DNA of 64,000 bases, from NCBI GenBank assembly GCA_052326105.1, contig JBKQRC010000002.1, positions 11,178 through 75,177 of the forward strand, written 5' to 3'. This stretch comes from Candidatus Sulfotelmatobacter sp. (GTDB taxonomy: Bacteria; Acidobacteriota; Terriglobia; Terriglobales; Acidobacteriaceae). Below, piece by piece: positions 17,495 to 27,707 of this stretch. Under the pieces are notes generated by a model. It was not told the origin of the DNA and searched no databases. It worked only from the letters and a program-made list of their open reading frames with translations. Within the stretch, counting starts at the first letter, position 1; the number at the start of each line of letters is the position of its first letter. A program made the position numbers and the translations under genes.

Positions 17495-20400
17495 CTATTG
17501 CGAGTACTTGGCAGTCTCGGCGTAGATGGGTTTCAGATCGTAGCGCTCGGCCACGTGCTCGGCCCCTTGTTCTTTCCCGATCTCATCCAGCAGGCGCCGG
17601 GCGTCGCGATATTGGGGAACCGCCTCCGACATATTTCCTGACAGCCGAAGGGCCGTGCCTAACAGGTAATGCACGCGCGCGGCCTCTAGGCGGAGACCCT
17701 GCTTTTCGCTTCTCCCCAGGCTGCGCTGCAGTTCCTGACGGGCCGCCGAATAATCCTTGTTCTGGATCATAGCCTCGCCGAGAAGCACCGAAGAGACCAG
17801 AGAGAGATATTTTCTGCCCTGAGAGTCCGCCTGCTGGGCCAGGTTGCGCAATTCGCTCACACTGGCGCGGGCGTGACCCTCGGCAACCGCTACCCTGGCT
17901 GTATCCAATCTTGAGGCGAGCAGAACATCTTTGTCGGCGGTGTGCGAAGCCAGGCGCACGGCCTGCTCGTAGGACGCCTTCGCCGACTTGAGATCCCCCT
18001 GATAAAAGCTGGCGTCTCCACGGCTGTCGAGGACGGCCGCCAGCAGCGAATCATTTTTCAGACCCCGGGCCAAAGTTTCGGCTTCGTCCAACAACTTAGG
18101 CGACTCAGCCCCTCGCCCTGCGGCGGCGAGAGCGCCGGCCAGATCACTCAGTGACTGCGCCATGGTGCTGCTTCTGTCGCCGACATCACGAAAGGCCTTG
18201 ACCGAATCCTCCAGGACACCTACCGCCGGTCCCAGCCGGCCCTGATATTCGAAGACCGTTCCCATGCTATGAGTCATCACGGCCGCGCCCTGGTTGTTGT
18301 TCGACTTGCGATACAGGTCCAGCCCGCGCATATAGGACGTCATGGCTTGATCGTACTGTCCCAGTGCGGTCTGGGCCTCGCCCAGGTTGTGCAGGGTTTC
18401 GGCGATGTCCTCCGGTACGTTCAGCTTCTCGCGAATCTGCAAGGCCTGTTGCAGGTAGGTCAGGGCGTCTTCGTTTTCGCCTTTTTCGGCGTAAGCCAGG
18501 GCAATATTGTTGAGGCACAGACCCTGATAGGCTTCGTCCCCGGCATCGCGCTGAATCTGCAGCGATTCTTTGAACATCTGCATGGCCTGGTCGGGCTGAC
18601 CGCGCTCCATGTAAACGGAGCCCAGGTCAATGAGAGTGTCGCCCGCTTCCTTCTTGGCGCCGATTTCGCGCCGCATCTTCAGCGCGTCGTTATAGGCAGA
18701 CAAAGCAGCGTCGGGTTTTCCCAATTGCAGTTGTTCCTGGGCGATTTCCACCAGACTGGCGGCGACGCCGCGTTTCTGCCCGAGGCGCTGGTTGATGGCC
18801 ATCGAATCCTGATAGTTGCGCAGAGCCTCGGCCGGCTTGTTCATACGTTTGTAGGCGATGCCGGTGGCCTGCAGGATAAGAGCCTGCTGCTCCTGATTAT
18901 CGAGATCAATCGCGAGATGCCGGGCGCGATCGAGCGGATCGAGCGCCGCCTGCGGGTTGCCGGACTTGATCTCGACGCGGCCCATGGCCAGCAGAGCATC
19001 GAGATTCTTGCCGTCGGCCTCGAGCACTTTGCCGTAATAGAAACGCGCCTTGTCCAGAGTCCTTTCACCTTCGTAGAGACTTCCCAGAGCGAACAGCACA
19101 TCCAGGTTATCGGGAAAACTCTTGGCTAGATTCTGGTAGGCGGCGATCGCCTTCTGGTTGTCGTTGGTCACGCGGGCCAGGCTGGCCTCAATGAAATACT
19201 GCTGCGCCAGAGGAAGGTTCTGGCTGAGTTCGACGGCGTGGCGCGCCGACTGCTCGGCCTCGGTGTCGTATCCCAGAGCAGAATAGGCTTCACCCAGACG
19301 CGAATAGGCCACAGCGAATTGCGGATCCTCTTTCGTCGCCGCCTCCAGCCTCTTCTGTGCTTCCAGATTGTTGCCCTGGCGCAGGAATTGCAGGCCTTCG
19401 TTGTAATCTCGCAGCGCGTCCACCGAAGTGGAGGTCGGCTTGAACGACTGCGCCTGCAGTTCCTTCACCAGGTCCGAGGAGAGTGCCAGATTCTTGCGGA
19501 TCATGTCGGCCAGGCGGTCTACCGCGCCCGACAGATCCTTTTGGCTCGACGCCTCCGCTTTCACCTGGATGGTGCGATTGTGCTTGCGGTCCTGGAGCGT
19601 GGCGTCAATGCGGATCTGGTCGCCGAGTTTCGTGTACTGACCCCAGACCAGCGTATCGGCATTGGCGAATTCCGCGACGCGGCCCAAGGTCGAAGAGTCG
19701 ACAATCGAGTTCGGAGTAATTCTCAGGTCATGGAAGACCTGCTGCACCCGGTCCGAGGAGACCGTGCGCAGGTGCGCCGATTGGCCCACGTCGGTGCTCA
19801 GCATGTCGGCCAGACTCGGTCCAAGCCAGTCCCAGGATTGGTCGCCCGACGCGTTCTGAAACGGCATCACCGCCAGTGACAAAACCGGGGCAGCGTTAGC
19901 CCTCTGCGCCGAGGGTGTAAAGAGCCGGCCGCGAAACGCGTAGCCGACAATCGCCAGCACCAGCACCGTGGCCAGGCCCGCCACCAGCGGCCAGGGAACC
20001 GTCTGGCCCCAGGGCTTCACGTCAGGGTGGAAACTCAAAGTCGCAGCGGCGCGCTTCCCTTGCCAGGCATCCAGGTCGCGCAGCATTTCGCTGGCGCTCT
20101 GGTAGCGCAGCGCGGGATCCCGTTCCAGACACTTGCTGACCACTGCGCTGAGGTGGCCGGGAATCGTGTTGTCGTGATCGGAGACCGGGATGGCCCGTTC
20201 CTGCGTGCGCTTGATCAGACTGGCCAGCGCGCTCTCCGCTTTGAACGGCATTTTTCCGGTCAATAGTTCGTAGAGAATCAACCCGGCGGTGAACAGGTCG
20301 GAGCGCTGGTCCAGTTCTTTGCCCAGAGCCTGTTCGGGCGACATATATTCCATCGTCCCTACCAGTGCTCCGGTCTGGGTCATACCGTCGCTGCCCATGG

Positions 20401-21148
20401 TGCGGGCCAAGCCAAAATCCATGACCAGAATCCGGCCGGTGTCTTCCCGCATGATGTTTTGCGGCTTCAGGTCGCGATGAATCACGCCCACGGCGTGGGC
20501 GGCTTCGAGAGCCTGGCAGACCTGTTGCATGATCTCGACCGCTTCTTCCGGAGAGAACTTCTTCTTCTCCTGAATCAGCGAGCGCAGGTCGCGGCCCTCG
20601 ACGAACTCCATGGTGATGAACTTCACACCATCGGCGTCGCCCAGATCGTAGATGCGGATTACATTCTTGTGCGTGACCTGGCGGGAGAGCAGCAGTTCCT
20701 GCTTGAAGCGGGCGAGCATTGCAGAACTGGAGGCTAGTTCTGGCCGGATCAGTTTCAGCGCCACGGGACGGTCCAGCTCGCGGTCCCGCGCCTTATACAC
20801 GGCGCCCATTCCTCCTTCGCCCAGAAGTTGCAGGATCTCGTAGCGATCACCGAGCACGTCGCCGGGTTCGAAGAGCGGGGCGCTCACCTGAAGACGGGGC
20901 GGCCGACGCACGGAAGGAGGAGGGGAAGTAAGCGGCGGCGGCATTCCCTCCACCATGGTCGCATCAGGGTCAACGAACGTCGCTTCGGGATCGGACGATG
21001 CCTTGGGAAACTCGATCACGGTCGGACTGTCGGCGTCGGAAGGAGCGTTGGAGGACGAACTGTCTCCTTTTACCGGAACGCTTACGCCGCCCTGGTTCGC
21101 GGCGTTCCCACTATCCTGCGGATTGAGCCGTGGATTCCGTTCTTGCAT
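17495..21148 (-). CDS. membrane Ser/Thr protein kinase with large extracytoplasmic TPR-repeat region
   Basis: 1217 aa. It has a Hanks kinase core (GEGGMGAVYKA, HRDLKPQNI, DFGLA, GTMEYMSPEQ), one TM helix, a TolB-N-like segment (LAVMPFQNASGD...) and many TPR units. Confidence 0.9.
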   Translation of the reverse strand: MQERNPRLNPQDSGNAANQGGVSVPVKGDSSSSNAPSDADSPTVIEFPKASSDPEATFVDPDATMVEGMPPPLTSPPPSVRRPPRLQVSAPLFEPGDVLGDRYEILQLLGEGGMGAVYKARDRELDRPVALKLIRPELASSSAMLARFKQELLLSRQVTHKNVIRIYDLGDADGVKFITMEFVEGRDLRSLIQEKKKFSPEEAVEIMQQVCQALEAAHAVGVIHRDLKPQNIMREDTGRILVMDFGLARTMGSDGMTQTGALVGTMEYMSPEQALGKELDQRSDLFTAGLILYELLTGKMPFKAESALASLIKRTQERAIPVSDHDNTIPGHLSAVVSKCLERDPALRYQSASEMLRDLDAWQGKRAAATLSFHPDVKPWGQTVPWPLVAGLATVLVLAIVGYAFRGRLFTPSAQRANAAPVLSLAVMPFQNASGDQSWDWLGPSLADMLSTDVGQSAHLRTVSSDRVQQVFHDLRITPNSIVDSSTLGRVAEFANADTLVWGQYTKLGDQIRIDATLQDRKHNRTIQVKAEASSQKDLSGAVDRLADMIRKNLALSSDLVKELQAQSFKPTSTSVDALRDYNEGLQFLRQGNNLEAQKRLEAATKEDPQFAVAYSRLGEAYSALGYDTEAEQSARHAVELSQNLPLAQQYFIEASLARVTNDNQKAIAAYQNLAKSFPDNLDVLFALGSLYEGERTLDKARFYYGKVLEADGKNLDALLAMGRVEIKSGNPQAALDPLDRARHLAIDLDNQEQQALILQATGIAYKRMNKPAEALRNYQDSMAINQRLGQKRGVAASLVEIAQEQLQLGKPDAALSAYNDALKMRREIGAKKEAGDTLIDLGSVYMERGQPDQAMQMFKESLQIQRDAGDEAYQGLCLNNIALAYAEKGENEDALTYLQQALQIREKLNVPEDIAETLHNLGEAQTALGQYDQAMTSYMRGLDLYRKSNNNQGAAVMTHSMGTVFEYQGRLGPAVGVLEDSVKAFRDVGDRSSTMAQSLSDLAGALAAAGRGAESPKLLDEAETLARGLKNDSLLAAVLDSRGDASFYQGDLKSAKASYEQAVRLASHTADKDVLLASRLDTARVAVAEGHARASVSELRNLAQQADSQGRKYLSLVSSVLLGEAMIQNKDYSAARQELQRSLGRSEKQGLRLEAARVHYLLGTALRLSGNMSEAVPQYRDARRLLDEIGKEQGAEHVAERYDLKPIYAETAKYSQ

Positions 21149-21277
21149 GTGGCGTCAGGTCAGGGAACGGCTTGGAGGGCCCCACAGCGTCCCCATAAAC
21201 GATGGAGGAAAGTATATACCGGTGCGCGGCAGGATGCAGCAGGGAAGGTCGGGGTAATGTCGGCTTGCGGAAACAAC

Positions 21278-21326
21278 TGTGTGGGGACAGCCGCCCCCGG
21301 CTGTCCGGTCGAGCGGAGCTCGACAG
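21278..21326 (+). repeat. Family A hairpin repeat
   Basis: tgtggggacagccgcccccggctgtccggtcgagcggagctcgacagc. Confidence 0.8.
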
Positions 21327-21332
21327 CGGGGT

Positions 21333-22916
21333 TTAGGCCCCGGACCTGCTCCCGCCCCGGGCAATCTCGATCAATTTCGGCAGGACCTTGCCGAATGCTG
21401 CCCCTTCCGCAGGCCGTCCGAACTCGAAATAGATCTTGCGGTACAGGTCGTAGAGATCTCCGTACACCCGTTGGGTTTCGGGCTGCGGTTCGAAGACCGT
21501 GTACGCGGGGCAAACCTTGCGCTGCGCCGCGTCGATGGTTGGGAAGCTTCCCGCCGCCAGAAATGCGAAAATCGCCGAGCCCAATCCCGTCACCTTGCTG
21601 GACGGAACCAGCACCGGGCGCCCCAGCACGTTGGCATAGACCTGGTTCAGGACCGGGTTGCTCTGCGGAATTCCTCCGCCATTGATGACCCGCTGCGTGG
21701 GCGCGCCGTACTCGCTCATGCGGTCGAGAATCACGCGCGTGTGGAACGCCGTGCCTTCGATGGCGGCGAACAGCTCGTCCTGCGCCGTGTGCTGCAGATT
21801 CCATCCCAGCGTCATGCCGCCCAGGCGGGGATTGACCAGAACCGTGCGATCGCCGTTGTCCCAAGTCATGCGCAGTAAACCGGTCTGCCCCGCGCGGTAG
21901 CCGGCCAATCCTTTGCTCAATTCTTCGACGGTGGTGCCGGCCCGGTGTGCGATCGCGCTGAAAATGTCTCCGGTAGCGGAAAGGCCCGCCTCAATCCCGG
22001 TGAACTGCGGATGCACGCTTCCCGGCACGACTCCGCAGACTCCCGGAATGAGCTGGGCTTTGGGCGCGTAGGCGATGATGCAGGTGGACGTGCCCACCAC
22101 GTTGACCACGTCGCCTTCTTTCGCACCGGCGCCGATCGCATCCCAGTGCGCGTCGAAAGCGCCCACGGGAATGGGAATGCCCGCGCGCAGGCCCAGTTTC
22201 TCCGCCCATGGCCCCGAGAGTTTTCCCGCAATTTTGTCGGAGGTCGCATACTCACCCGCGAGTTCCGCCCGCACTCCGGTGAGCAGCGGGTCCACCTTCA
22301 CCAGGAAACTTTCCGGAGGAAGACCGCCGAGTGATGCGTTCCACATCCACTTATGGCCCATGGCGCAGACGCTGCGCTTCACCTGCCTGGCATCGGTGAT
22401 GCCGCACAGCGTCGCTGCGACCATGTCGCAGTGCTCAAAGGCGGAGGCAAATTTCGCGCGCTTCTCGGGGTTGTGGCGCAGCCAGTGCAGCAGCTTGGCG
22501 AATCCCCATTCCGAGGAATACACTCCGCCGCACCACTCGATGGCTTCGAGTTTTTCCTGGTGGGCTCGTTCCGTGATTTCGGCGGCTTCCTGCTTCGCCC
22601 GGTGATCGCACCACAAATAATAGTCATCCAGGGGAACCAGACCTTCGCCCACCGGAATCACGCTCGAGCCGGTGGTGTCGAGCGCGATGGACTGTACCTG
22701 GTCGCCCGTGATTCCCGCCGACTTCACCGCCTGCCGCGTGGCCTCGGCCAAGGCCCGCATGTGATCTTCATGGGATTGCGTGGCGAAGTCGGGGTCTTCG
22801 CGCTTGCGATGCAGAGGAATCTCCGCGACGGCCGATGCCACGAGGCCGCGCTCGCTGTCTACAATCGAAACCCGCACGCTCAGCGTGCCAAAATCCACTC
22901 CCGCAACGATGGCCAT
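21333..22916 (-). CDS. araB: ribulokinase (FGGY carbohydrate kinase)
   Basis: 527 aa: MAIVAGVDFGTLSVRVSIVD..., ALDTTGSSVIP, and an FGGY C-terminal domain (VINGGGIPQSNPVLNQVYANVLGRPV). It sits in an operon with araD and an isomerase. Confidence 0.88.
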   Translation of the reverse strand: MAIVAGVDFGTLSVRVSIVDSERGLVASAVAEIPLHRKREDPDFATQSHEDHMRALAEATRQAVKSAGITGDQVQSIALDTTGSSVIPVGEGLVPLDDYYLWCDHRAKQEAAEITERAHQEKLEAIEWCGGVYSSEWGFAKLLHWLRHNPEKRAKFASAFEHCDMVAATLCGITDARQVKRSVCAMGHKWMWNASLGGLPPESFLVKVDPLLTGVRAELAGEYATSDKIAGKLSGPWAEKLGLRAGIPIPVGAFDAHWDAIGAGAKEGDVVNVVGTSTCIIAYAPKAQLIPGVCGVVPGSVHPQFTGIEAGLSATGDIFSAIAHRAGTTVEELSKGLAGYRAGQTGLLRMTWDNGDRTVLVNPRLGGMTLGWNLQHTAQDELFAAIEGTAFHTRVILDRMSEYGAPTQRVINGGGIPQSNPVLNQVYANVLGRPVLVPSSKVTGLGSAIFAFLAAGSFPTIDAAQRKVCPAYTVFEPQPETQRVYGDLYDLYRKIYFEFGRPAEGAAFGKVLPKLIEIARGGSRSGA

Positions 22917-23202
22917 GGTCGAAGTCTCATTTCATGGATTGTTATGCCCGGGTCGTCATGCCCGGGATGTCATTCCGAGGAGCGAAGCGACGAGGAACCT
23001 GCTTCTCGCCCCGGGACGGACGATAGCATACAAGGCGGAAGAGCGGCCCTTTAGGGCCGCGTCCAAGCGCCAAAAGGATCGGCCTTTAGGCCCTGAGGGC
23101 CACCGGGGCTGAAGGCCGGAGTTCTTGGGGCAACTGTCTACGCGGCGCCGAAGCGCGGCTCTTCCACGGTTGCCTTACTGTTTCAACAAAGCCGGGGAGT
23201 TC

Positions 23203-24618
23203 CTACCGTCCGTGCCAGTGCATCTGCCAGCCCAAGTATCGCGTGGTGGCTTCGTAGGTCGCGCCCGCGACCGTCGAGAAATTCGCCGCCACGTGATGCT
23301 CGAATCCGTTCTCGCAGATGTAATGCAGCAGCTGCTGCAGCTGCGGAATCTCGACCACTCCCGCGCCCCCGAACGTGTTCAGCGGATCGCTGGTGAAGGC
23401 GCCTTCGCCAACATAGCCCCGCATCACGCCTGCGGTATCGTCGGTGGAGAAGCGGGCAAAGCTCATCGCGCCCGCTTTCACCCGCCCCACGATCGTGCCG
23501 AAAGTATTGTCCTTGCCCACCGTGCCCGCGATGATCTCCTGGAAGTCCATGCGCGAATCCTGGAAAAAATGTTTGGGCAGGTTGCTGCAGTGGAAGCAGA
23601 CAGCCTTATTGGGATCGTCGCCATAATTGTTGTTCCAGTCGAGCAGCGCGCTCGGCGTCTCCGACGCCAGCGCGAGGGCATACATGCCCAGCGTACCGCA
23701 GATATCCACCTCGCACGCCGCCGGCAGCAGATTGTTGCTCATCATGCTCATGATGGTGCAGGGCACGACGCCAAAGTATTCTTCCATCGCGGTCCAGCAC
23801 TGTACCGCGCTGATCTTCACGTCGGTGGATTTCATCCAGTCGTCGATCACGTAGCCGAGCTTTGCCATCTTGATCAAGGCCGGTTCGGGAACACCGCTGG
23901 TGGTGACGTATTTCCGGATTTCCGCCATCTTCCCCTGCACCCCGGCGTGATCGTCCTTCAGCCGGCCGATGCGCCCGAGGATTTCAGACAGGTCCACCGT
24001 CTCGGTGGTGATGCCGTTCGCTTCGAGAAGTTTTTCGCTGTAGCGCACGGTATTGAACGCCGCCGGACGCGCCCCGATGCTGCCCACGCGCAGGTTGCGG
24101 AATCCGTTGACGATGCGGCAGACGGCGGCGAACCATGCCAGGTCTTTCTGAAAATCGGCGGAGTCCGGGCTTTCCGTATGCAGCCGCGTCAGCGAATATG
24201 GGACTCCATACTGGCGCAGGTTGTTGCAGGCCGACATCTTGCCGCAGAAACTGTCGCGCCGCGAGGCAATCGTCATCTTGGCGGGAGCGTCGGGCGTGGC
24301 CTGCACCAGCACAGGAACTCTCAGCCCCGCCAGGCGCAGCGTATCGGCGATGGCGCGCTCGTCCCCGAAATTGGGGAGCGACACGATGGTGCCGTCAATG
24401 CGCTCGCGGTTCTTCTGAAACAGGGCAGCGCACCGCTTCGCCTCCTCATGCGTTTCGACGGCGCCGTGCTTGCTTTCTTCCGGCCCCAGCACGACGCAAT
24501 CCATCCCGGCCTTGGCCAGAGCCTGGATCATTTCTTCGCGGCCAGTCTTGGCCAGATGATCCGGAAAAAAGCCGCGGTTCCCGATGATGACGCCCATCGT
24601 CATTTTCTTTTGAGCCAT
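23203..24618 (-). CDS. L-fucose/L-arabinose isomerase family protein (putative non-canonical L-arabinose isomerase)
   Basis: 471 aa. The N-terminal MTMGVIIGNRGFFPDHLAKTGREE... pattern matches FucI/AraA-superfamily proteins. It lies between the symporter and araB. Confidence 0.8.
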   Translation of the reverse strand: MAQKKMTMGVIIGNRGFFPDHLAKTGREEMIQALAKAGMDCVVLGPEESKHGAVETHEEAKRCAALFQKNRERIDGTIVSLPNFGDERAIADTLRLAGLRVPVLVQATPDAPAKMTIASRRDSFCGKMSACNNLRQYGVPYSLTRLHTESPDSADFQKDLAWFAAVCRIVNGFRNLRVGSIGARPAAFNTVRYSEKLLEANGITTETVDLSEILGRIGRLKDDHAGVQGKMAEIRKYVTTSGVPEPALIKMAKLGYVIDDWMKSTDVKISAVQCWTAMEEYFGVVPCTIMSMMSNNLLPAACEVDICGTLGMYALALASETPSALLDWNNNYGDDPNKAVCFHCSNLPKHFFQDSRMDFQEIIAGTVGKDNTFGTIVGRVKAGAMSFARFSTDDTAGVMRGYVGEGAFTSDPLNTFGGAGVVEIPQLQQLLHYICENGFEHHVAANFSTVAGATYEATTRYLGWQMHWHGR

Positions 24619-24654
24619 AAGAATGCCCCTTCCTTAAACTATGAATGCGAGAAA

Positions 24655-24894
24655 TCAGGAATTACCAGCCATCCGCGCACGTTCCCGCGCCGGCGAAAAA
24701 CGCAGGCTGAAAAACAGGCCAAGGACCAGCAGCAGTCCGCCCCACCAGATATTGGCGTGCACGTTATAGAGCACAACCCGTATCGCCGGGGGATGCGCCA
24801 GCTCGTAAACTCCCGTGAGAAAGATCACAGCACCGTTCACCGCCAGACACACGCCGATGAAGAACCAAATCGACAACGATCCACCGGATTTCAT
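24655..24894 (-). CDS. small two-TM membrane protein downstream of the symporter
   Basis: MKSGGSLSIWFFIGVCLAVNGAVIFLTGVYEL...WWGGLLLVLGLFFSL. GGGGGA lies about 6 nt upstream of the ATG at 24894. The longer ORF-track start (24933) would overlap the symporter gene. Confidence 0.5.
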   Translation of the reverse strand: MKSGGSLSIWFFIGVCLAVNGAVIFLTGVYELAHPPAIRVVLYNVHANIWWGGLLLVLGLFFSLRFSPARERARMAGNS

Positions 24895-24904
24895 CGTTTT
24901 CCCC

Positions 24905-26668
24905 CTACCAGAAAATGATTTGCAGAATGACAAACCCGATCGCCACCACCGCCCCCCAGAACAGCGGGCTATGGAACATGGACACGTGCTCGTCTTTTGG
25001 AATCGGTGTGAGACCGTACACCAGATCCTTCAGCTCAGAGTCGGGCTTGGGCTGGGTCACCATGCTGACCGCTACCGTGACGATGATGCAGATCAGGCAG
25101 CACCAGAGAGCGCGGAACATGTTCTGCGCCTGGTCCTGTGCCTGCATTGAAAGCGCCACGTATCGCACCGCTCCGGGATCAACTTTTACCCAGGTGTACA
25201 TTCCGACTGAAGACAAAGTTCCAGCAAGCAGCCCCGCCCAACCTCCCGCCGGAGTGGCCCGCTTCCACATCATTCCCAGAAGCACGGTGCCGAAGAGGGG
25301 AGCAATGAAGAAGCTGAACAGCGCCTGGACGTAGTCCATGATGCTGTGGGCGTAGACCGCCAGATACGCCGCTCCGATGCTGACGATGACTCCCAGTACG
25401 GTGCACCAGCGACCCATCCGGACTTTCGAATCGTCCGACGCATTTTTGTTGATCAGGGCACCGTAGATGTCATACGTCCAAACGGTGGTGAAGGCGCTGA
25501 CGTTGCCCGCCATTCCGGACATAAAGCCTGCGATCAGAGCTGTGATGCCGAGACCCAGCAGGCCCGGTCCGCAGTAGCGTGCCAACATCAGCGGCAGAAC
25601 TTCGTCATAACCGTGCAGCCCCTGCGCCTGTCCAGCCGGAGACCACGCAAGGTCTGCGGGCACCAGCCGCAACAGACTGCCGGTGTGCGGATCGCGGAGG
25701 AGGGCCAAGCCGAGCAAACCGGGAAGAATGACGATGAAAGGAACGCACATCTTGAAAGCCGCGCCGATGATCGGTGCGAGTTTGGCCGAGCGCAGATCCT
25801 TCGCCGCGAGCACGCGCTGCACGACCAGGAAGTCAGTCGTCCAGTAGCCCATCGAGATCACTGCTCCGAGGCCAAACACAATTCCGACCCAATTGATTCC
25901 CATCGGATTGTCGGTGAAATGGCCCAAGGTCGACCACGCGTGCGTGTACGTGCCGGGGTTGGCCACATGTTGTTCGGTAAGATTCTGAAGGATCTTGGCC
26001 TTGAGTCCGGTCCACCCGCCCGCCTCGACCAACCCCAGAATTGGTATCAGCAAGGCTCCGGCCCAGATCAGAAAAAACTGGAGAACCTCATTGAAGATCG
26101 CCGAACGCAAACCGCCAAGAGCCACGTAAATCATGACCGTGATGGATGACACCAGAATGCTGAAGTGAATGTTCCATCCCAGGACGACCCTCATCACGAC
26201 AGCCATGGCGTACATGTTGATGCCGCTCATCAGGACGGTCATGAACCCAAACGAGATCGAGGAGATGGCCTGGGCGCCTTGCCCATAGCGCAGCTTGAGA
26301 TATCCGGGGACCGAGTGGGTCTTGCAGATGTGGTAGAACGGCATCATCACCAGTGCCAGGAAGAGCATTGCGGGGATGGCGCCGATCCAATACCAGTGAG
26401 CCGCGAGAATGCCATACTTATAGGCGTTGCCCGCCCAGCCCATCAGTTCGAGCGATCCCAGATTCGCCGACAGGAACGCGAGGCCCGCCACCCACGCCGT
26501 CATTTCCCGCCCGGCCATGAAGAAGCCTTCGCCGGTATTCGCCTGTCCCTTCAGGTAGAGGCCGATCGCCAGCACCAGCGCGAAGTAGAAAACGATGATG
26601 ACCAGGTCGACCGGCGACAAATGCACCAGCGTGGAGGAGGAACCGGACAACAGGAGAGCAGGGATCAT
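24905..26668 (-). CDS. sodium:solute symporter (SSS) family transporter
   Basis: 587 aa, about 14 TM helices, with typical SSS motifs (FFMAGREMTAWVAGLAFLSANLGS...). Its start overlaps the araD stop (ATGA). Confidence 0.9.
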   Translation of the reverse strand: MIPALLLSGSSSTLVHLSPVDLVIIVFYFALVLAIGLYLKGQANTGEGFFMAGREMTAWVAGLAFLSANLGSLELMGWAGNAYKYGILAAHWYWIGAIPAMLFLALVMMPFYHICKTHSVPGYLKLRYGQGAQAISSISFGFMTVLMSGINMYAMAVVMRVVLGWNIHFSILVSSITVMIYVALGGLRSAIFNEVLQFFLIWAGALLIPILGLVEAGGWTGLKAKILQNLTEQHVANPGTYTHAWSTLGHFTDNPMGINWVGIVFGLGAVISMGYWTTDFLVVQRVLAAKDLRSAKLAPIIGAAFKMCVPFIVILPGLLGLALLRDPHTGSLLRLVPADLAWSPAGQAQGLHGYDEVLPLMLARYCGPGLLGLGITALIAGFMSGMAGNVSAFTTVWTYDIYGALINKNASDDSKVRMGRWCTVLGVIVSIGAAYLAVYAHSIMDYVQALFSFFIAPLFGTVLLGMMWKRATPAGGWAGLLAGTLSSVGMYTWVKVDPGAVRYVALSMQAQDQAQNMFRALWCCLICIIVTVAVSMVTQPKPDSELKDLVYGLTPIPKDEHVSMFHSPLFWGAVVAIGFVILQIIFW

Positions 26669-27366
26669 TGCTTATTGACCTGTCCGTAATAGGCGTTACG
26701 GCCATGCTTGCGCAGGAAGTGCTTGTCGTGCAATTCCCGCGCCAGCGGCCGGGTTTCAGCGTGAATTGCGATCGTGTGGCACGCCATGCGCGCCACATAT
26801 TCCAGAATCACCGCGTTGTGCGCGGCTTCGGCGGCGCTCGGGCCCCAGCAGAACGGAGCGTGCCCGGCCACCAGCACGGCTGGAATCGCATCCGGGTCGA
26901 GATTGGCAAATCTCCGGCAGATCGCGGAGCCGGTTTCCTGCTCGTAGTCTCCGGCGATTTCCGCAGCGGTCAGCCGCTCCGTGACCGGAACCGGCCCGTG
27001 GAAATAATCCGCATGCGTGGTGCCGAAACAAGGGATGGGCTGCTCGGCCTGGGCCCAGGCGGTGGCAAATTCGGAATGGGTATGGGCCACGCCGCCGATA
27101 TTTGGAAAGTGCTTGTACAGTTCCAGATGCGTGGCCAGGTCGGACGAGGGGCGAAGATTTCCGTCCACTATCTTTCCGCCGAGATCGGAGATCACAATAT
27201 GCGCGGCCGTCAGCTCTTCGTATGGAACACCGCTGGGCTTGATGGCAACCAGTTCCTCACCGCGATCAATTCCGCTGGCGTTGCCGAAAGTGTACAGAAC
27301 CAGTCCACGGCGCACCAGTTCCAGGTTGGCTTCGAGGACCTGTTCGCGCAGCGTCTTCAGCAGCAT
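26665..27366 (-). CDS. araD: L-ribulose-5-phosphate 4-epimerase
   Basis: 233 aa: LVLYTFGNASGIDR...VAIKPSGVPYEEL...GGVAHTHSEFATAWAQA...FGTTHADYF (class II aldolase/AraD pattern). Confidence 0.93.
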   Translation of the reverse strand: MLLKTLREQVLEANLELVRRGLVLYTFGNASGIDRGEELVAIKPSGVPYEELTAAHIVISDLGGKIVDGNLRPSSDLATHLELYKHFPNIGGVAHTHSEFATAWAQAEQPIPCFGTTHADYFHGPVPVTERLTAAEIAGDYEQETGSAICRRFANLDPDAIPAVLVAGHAPFCWGPSAAEAAHNAVILEYVARMACHTIAIHAETRPLARELHDKHFLRKHGRNAYYGQVNKQ

Positions 27367-27410
27367 AGGGTTGCCGCCGCAGGGGAATTTTCAACCGGCA
27401 ATAGTCTCAC

Positions 27411-27424
27411 CGTAATCGTTTACG
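27411..27424. promoter_or_regulatory. candidate LacI-family operator (cgtaatCGtttacg) upstream of araD
   Basis: Imperfect 14-bp palindrome with a central CG, about 45-58 bp upstream of the araD start. It shares the core AATCGTTT with the palindrome at 41357-41374. Confidence 0.35.
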
Positions 27425-27479
27425 TAACTGCCCATTTAACCGGACCCGGCTGTCTTTGTCAAAGATTCGATGCTTAATA

Positions 27480-27700
27480 GCTCTATGTCGCACCTTGATT
27501 CTGGGTGGCGCAGGCCTTCCAGGCCTGCGACAGAGCTGGCAGAAAGAATGGGCTTTAGCTCCAGAGGCACCTCAGCGGCTTTAAGCCGCTACTGAAAACA
27601 GGCCCCTAATCGCAGCGCTCCAAGCGCTGCGCCACCCAAATTCTGAGTTTTTCCGCAACAGGCGCTGAGTCTGCGATTCGGAGCGTCGCTACAGCCCGAT
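27480..27700. repeat. Family C hairpin-module cluster
   Basis: gcgcaggccttccaggcctgcg, gggctttagctc, gcggctttaagccgc, cgcagcgctccaagcgctgcg. Confidence 0.7.
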
Positions 27701-27707
27701 AACCGCC

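Noticed and set aside
20828-21864. 285-aa (+) and 234-aa (-) ORFs across the kinase-araB junction
   Set aside because: They overlap the 5' end of the kinase gene, the Family A repeat and the 3' end of araB. Their Pro/Arg/Gly-rich composition shows no motifs.
23125-24918. 597-aa plus-strand ORF
   Set aside because: It is antisense to the isomerase and small membrane protein genes and runs through a repeat block. It has no motifs.
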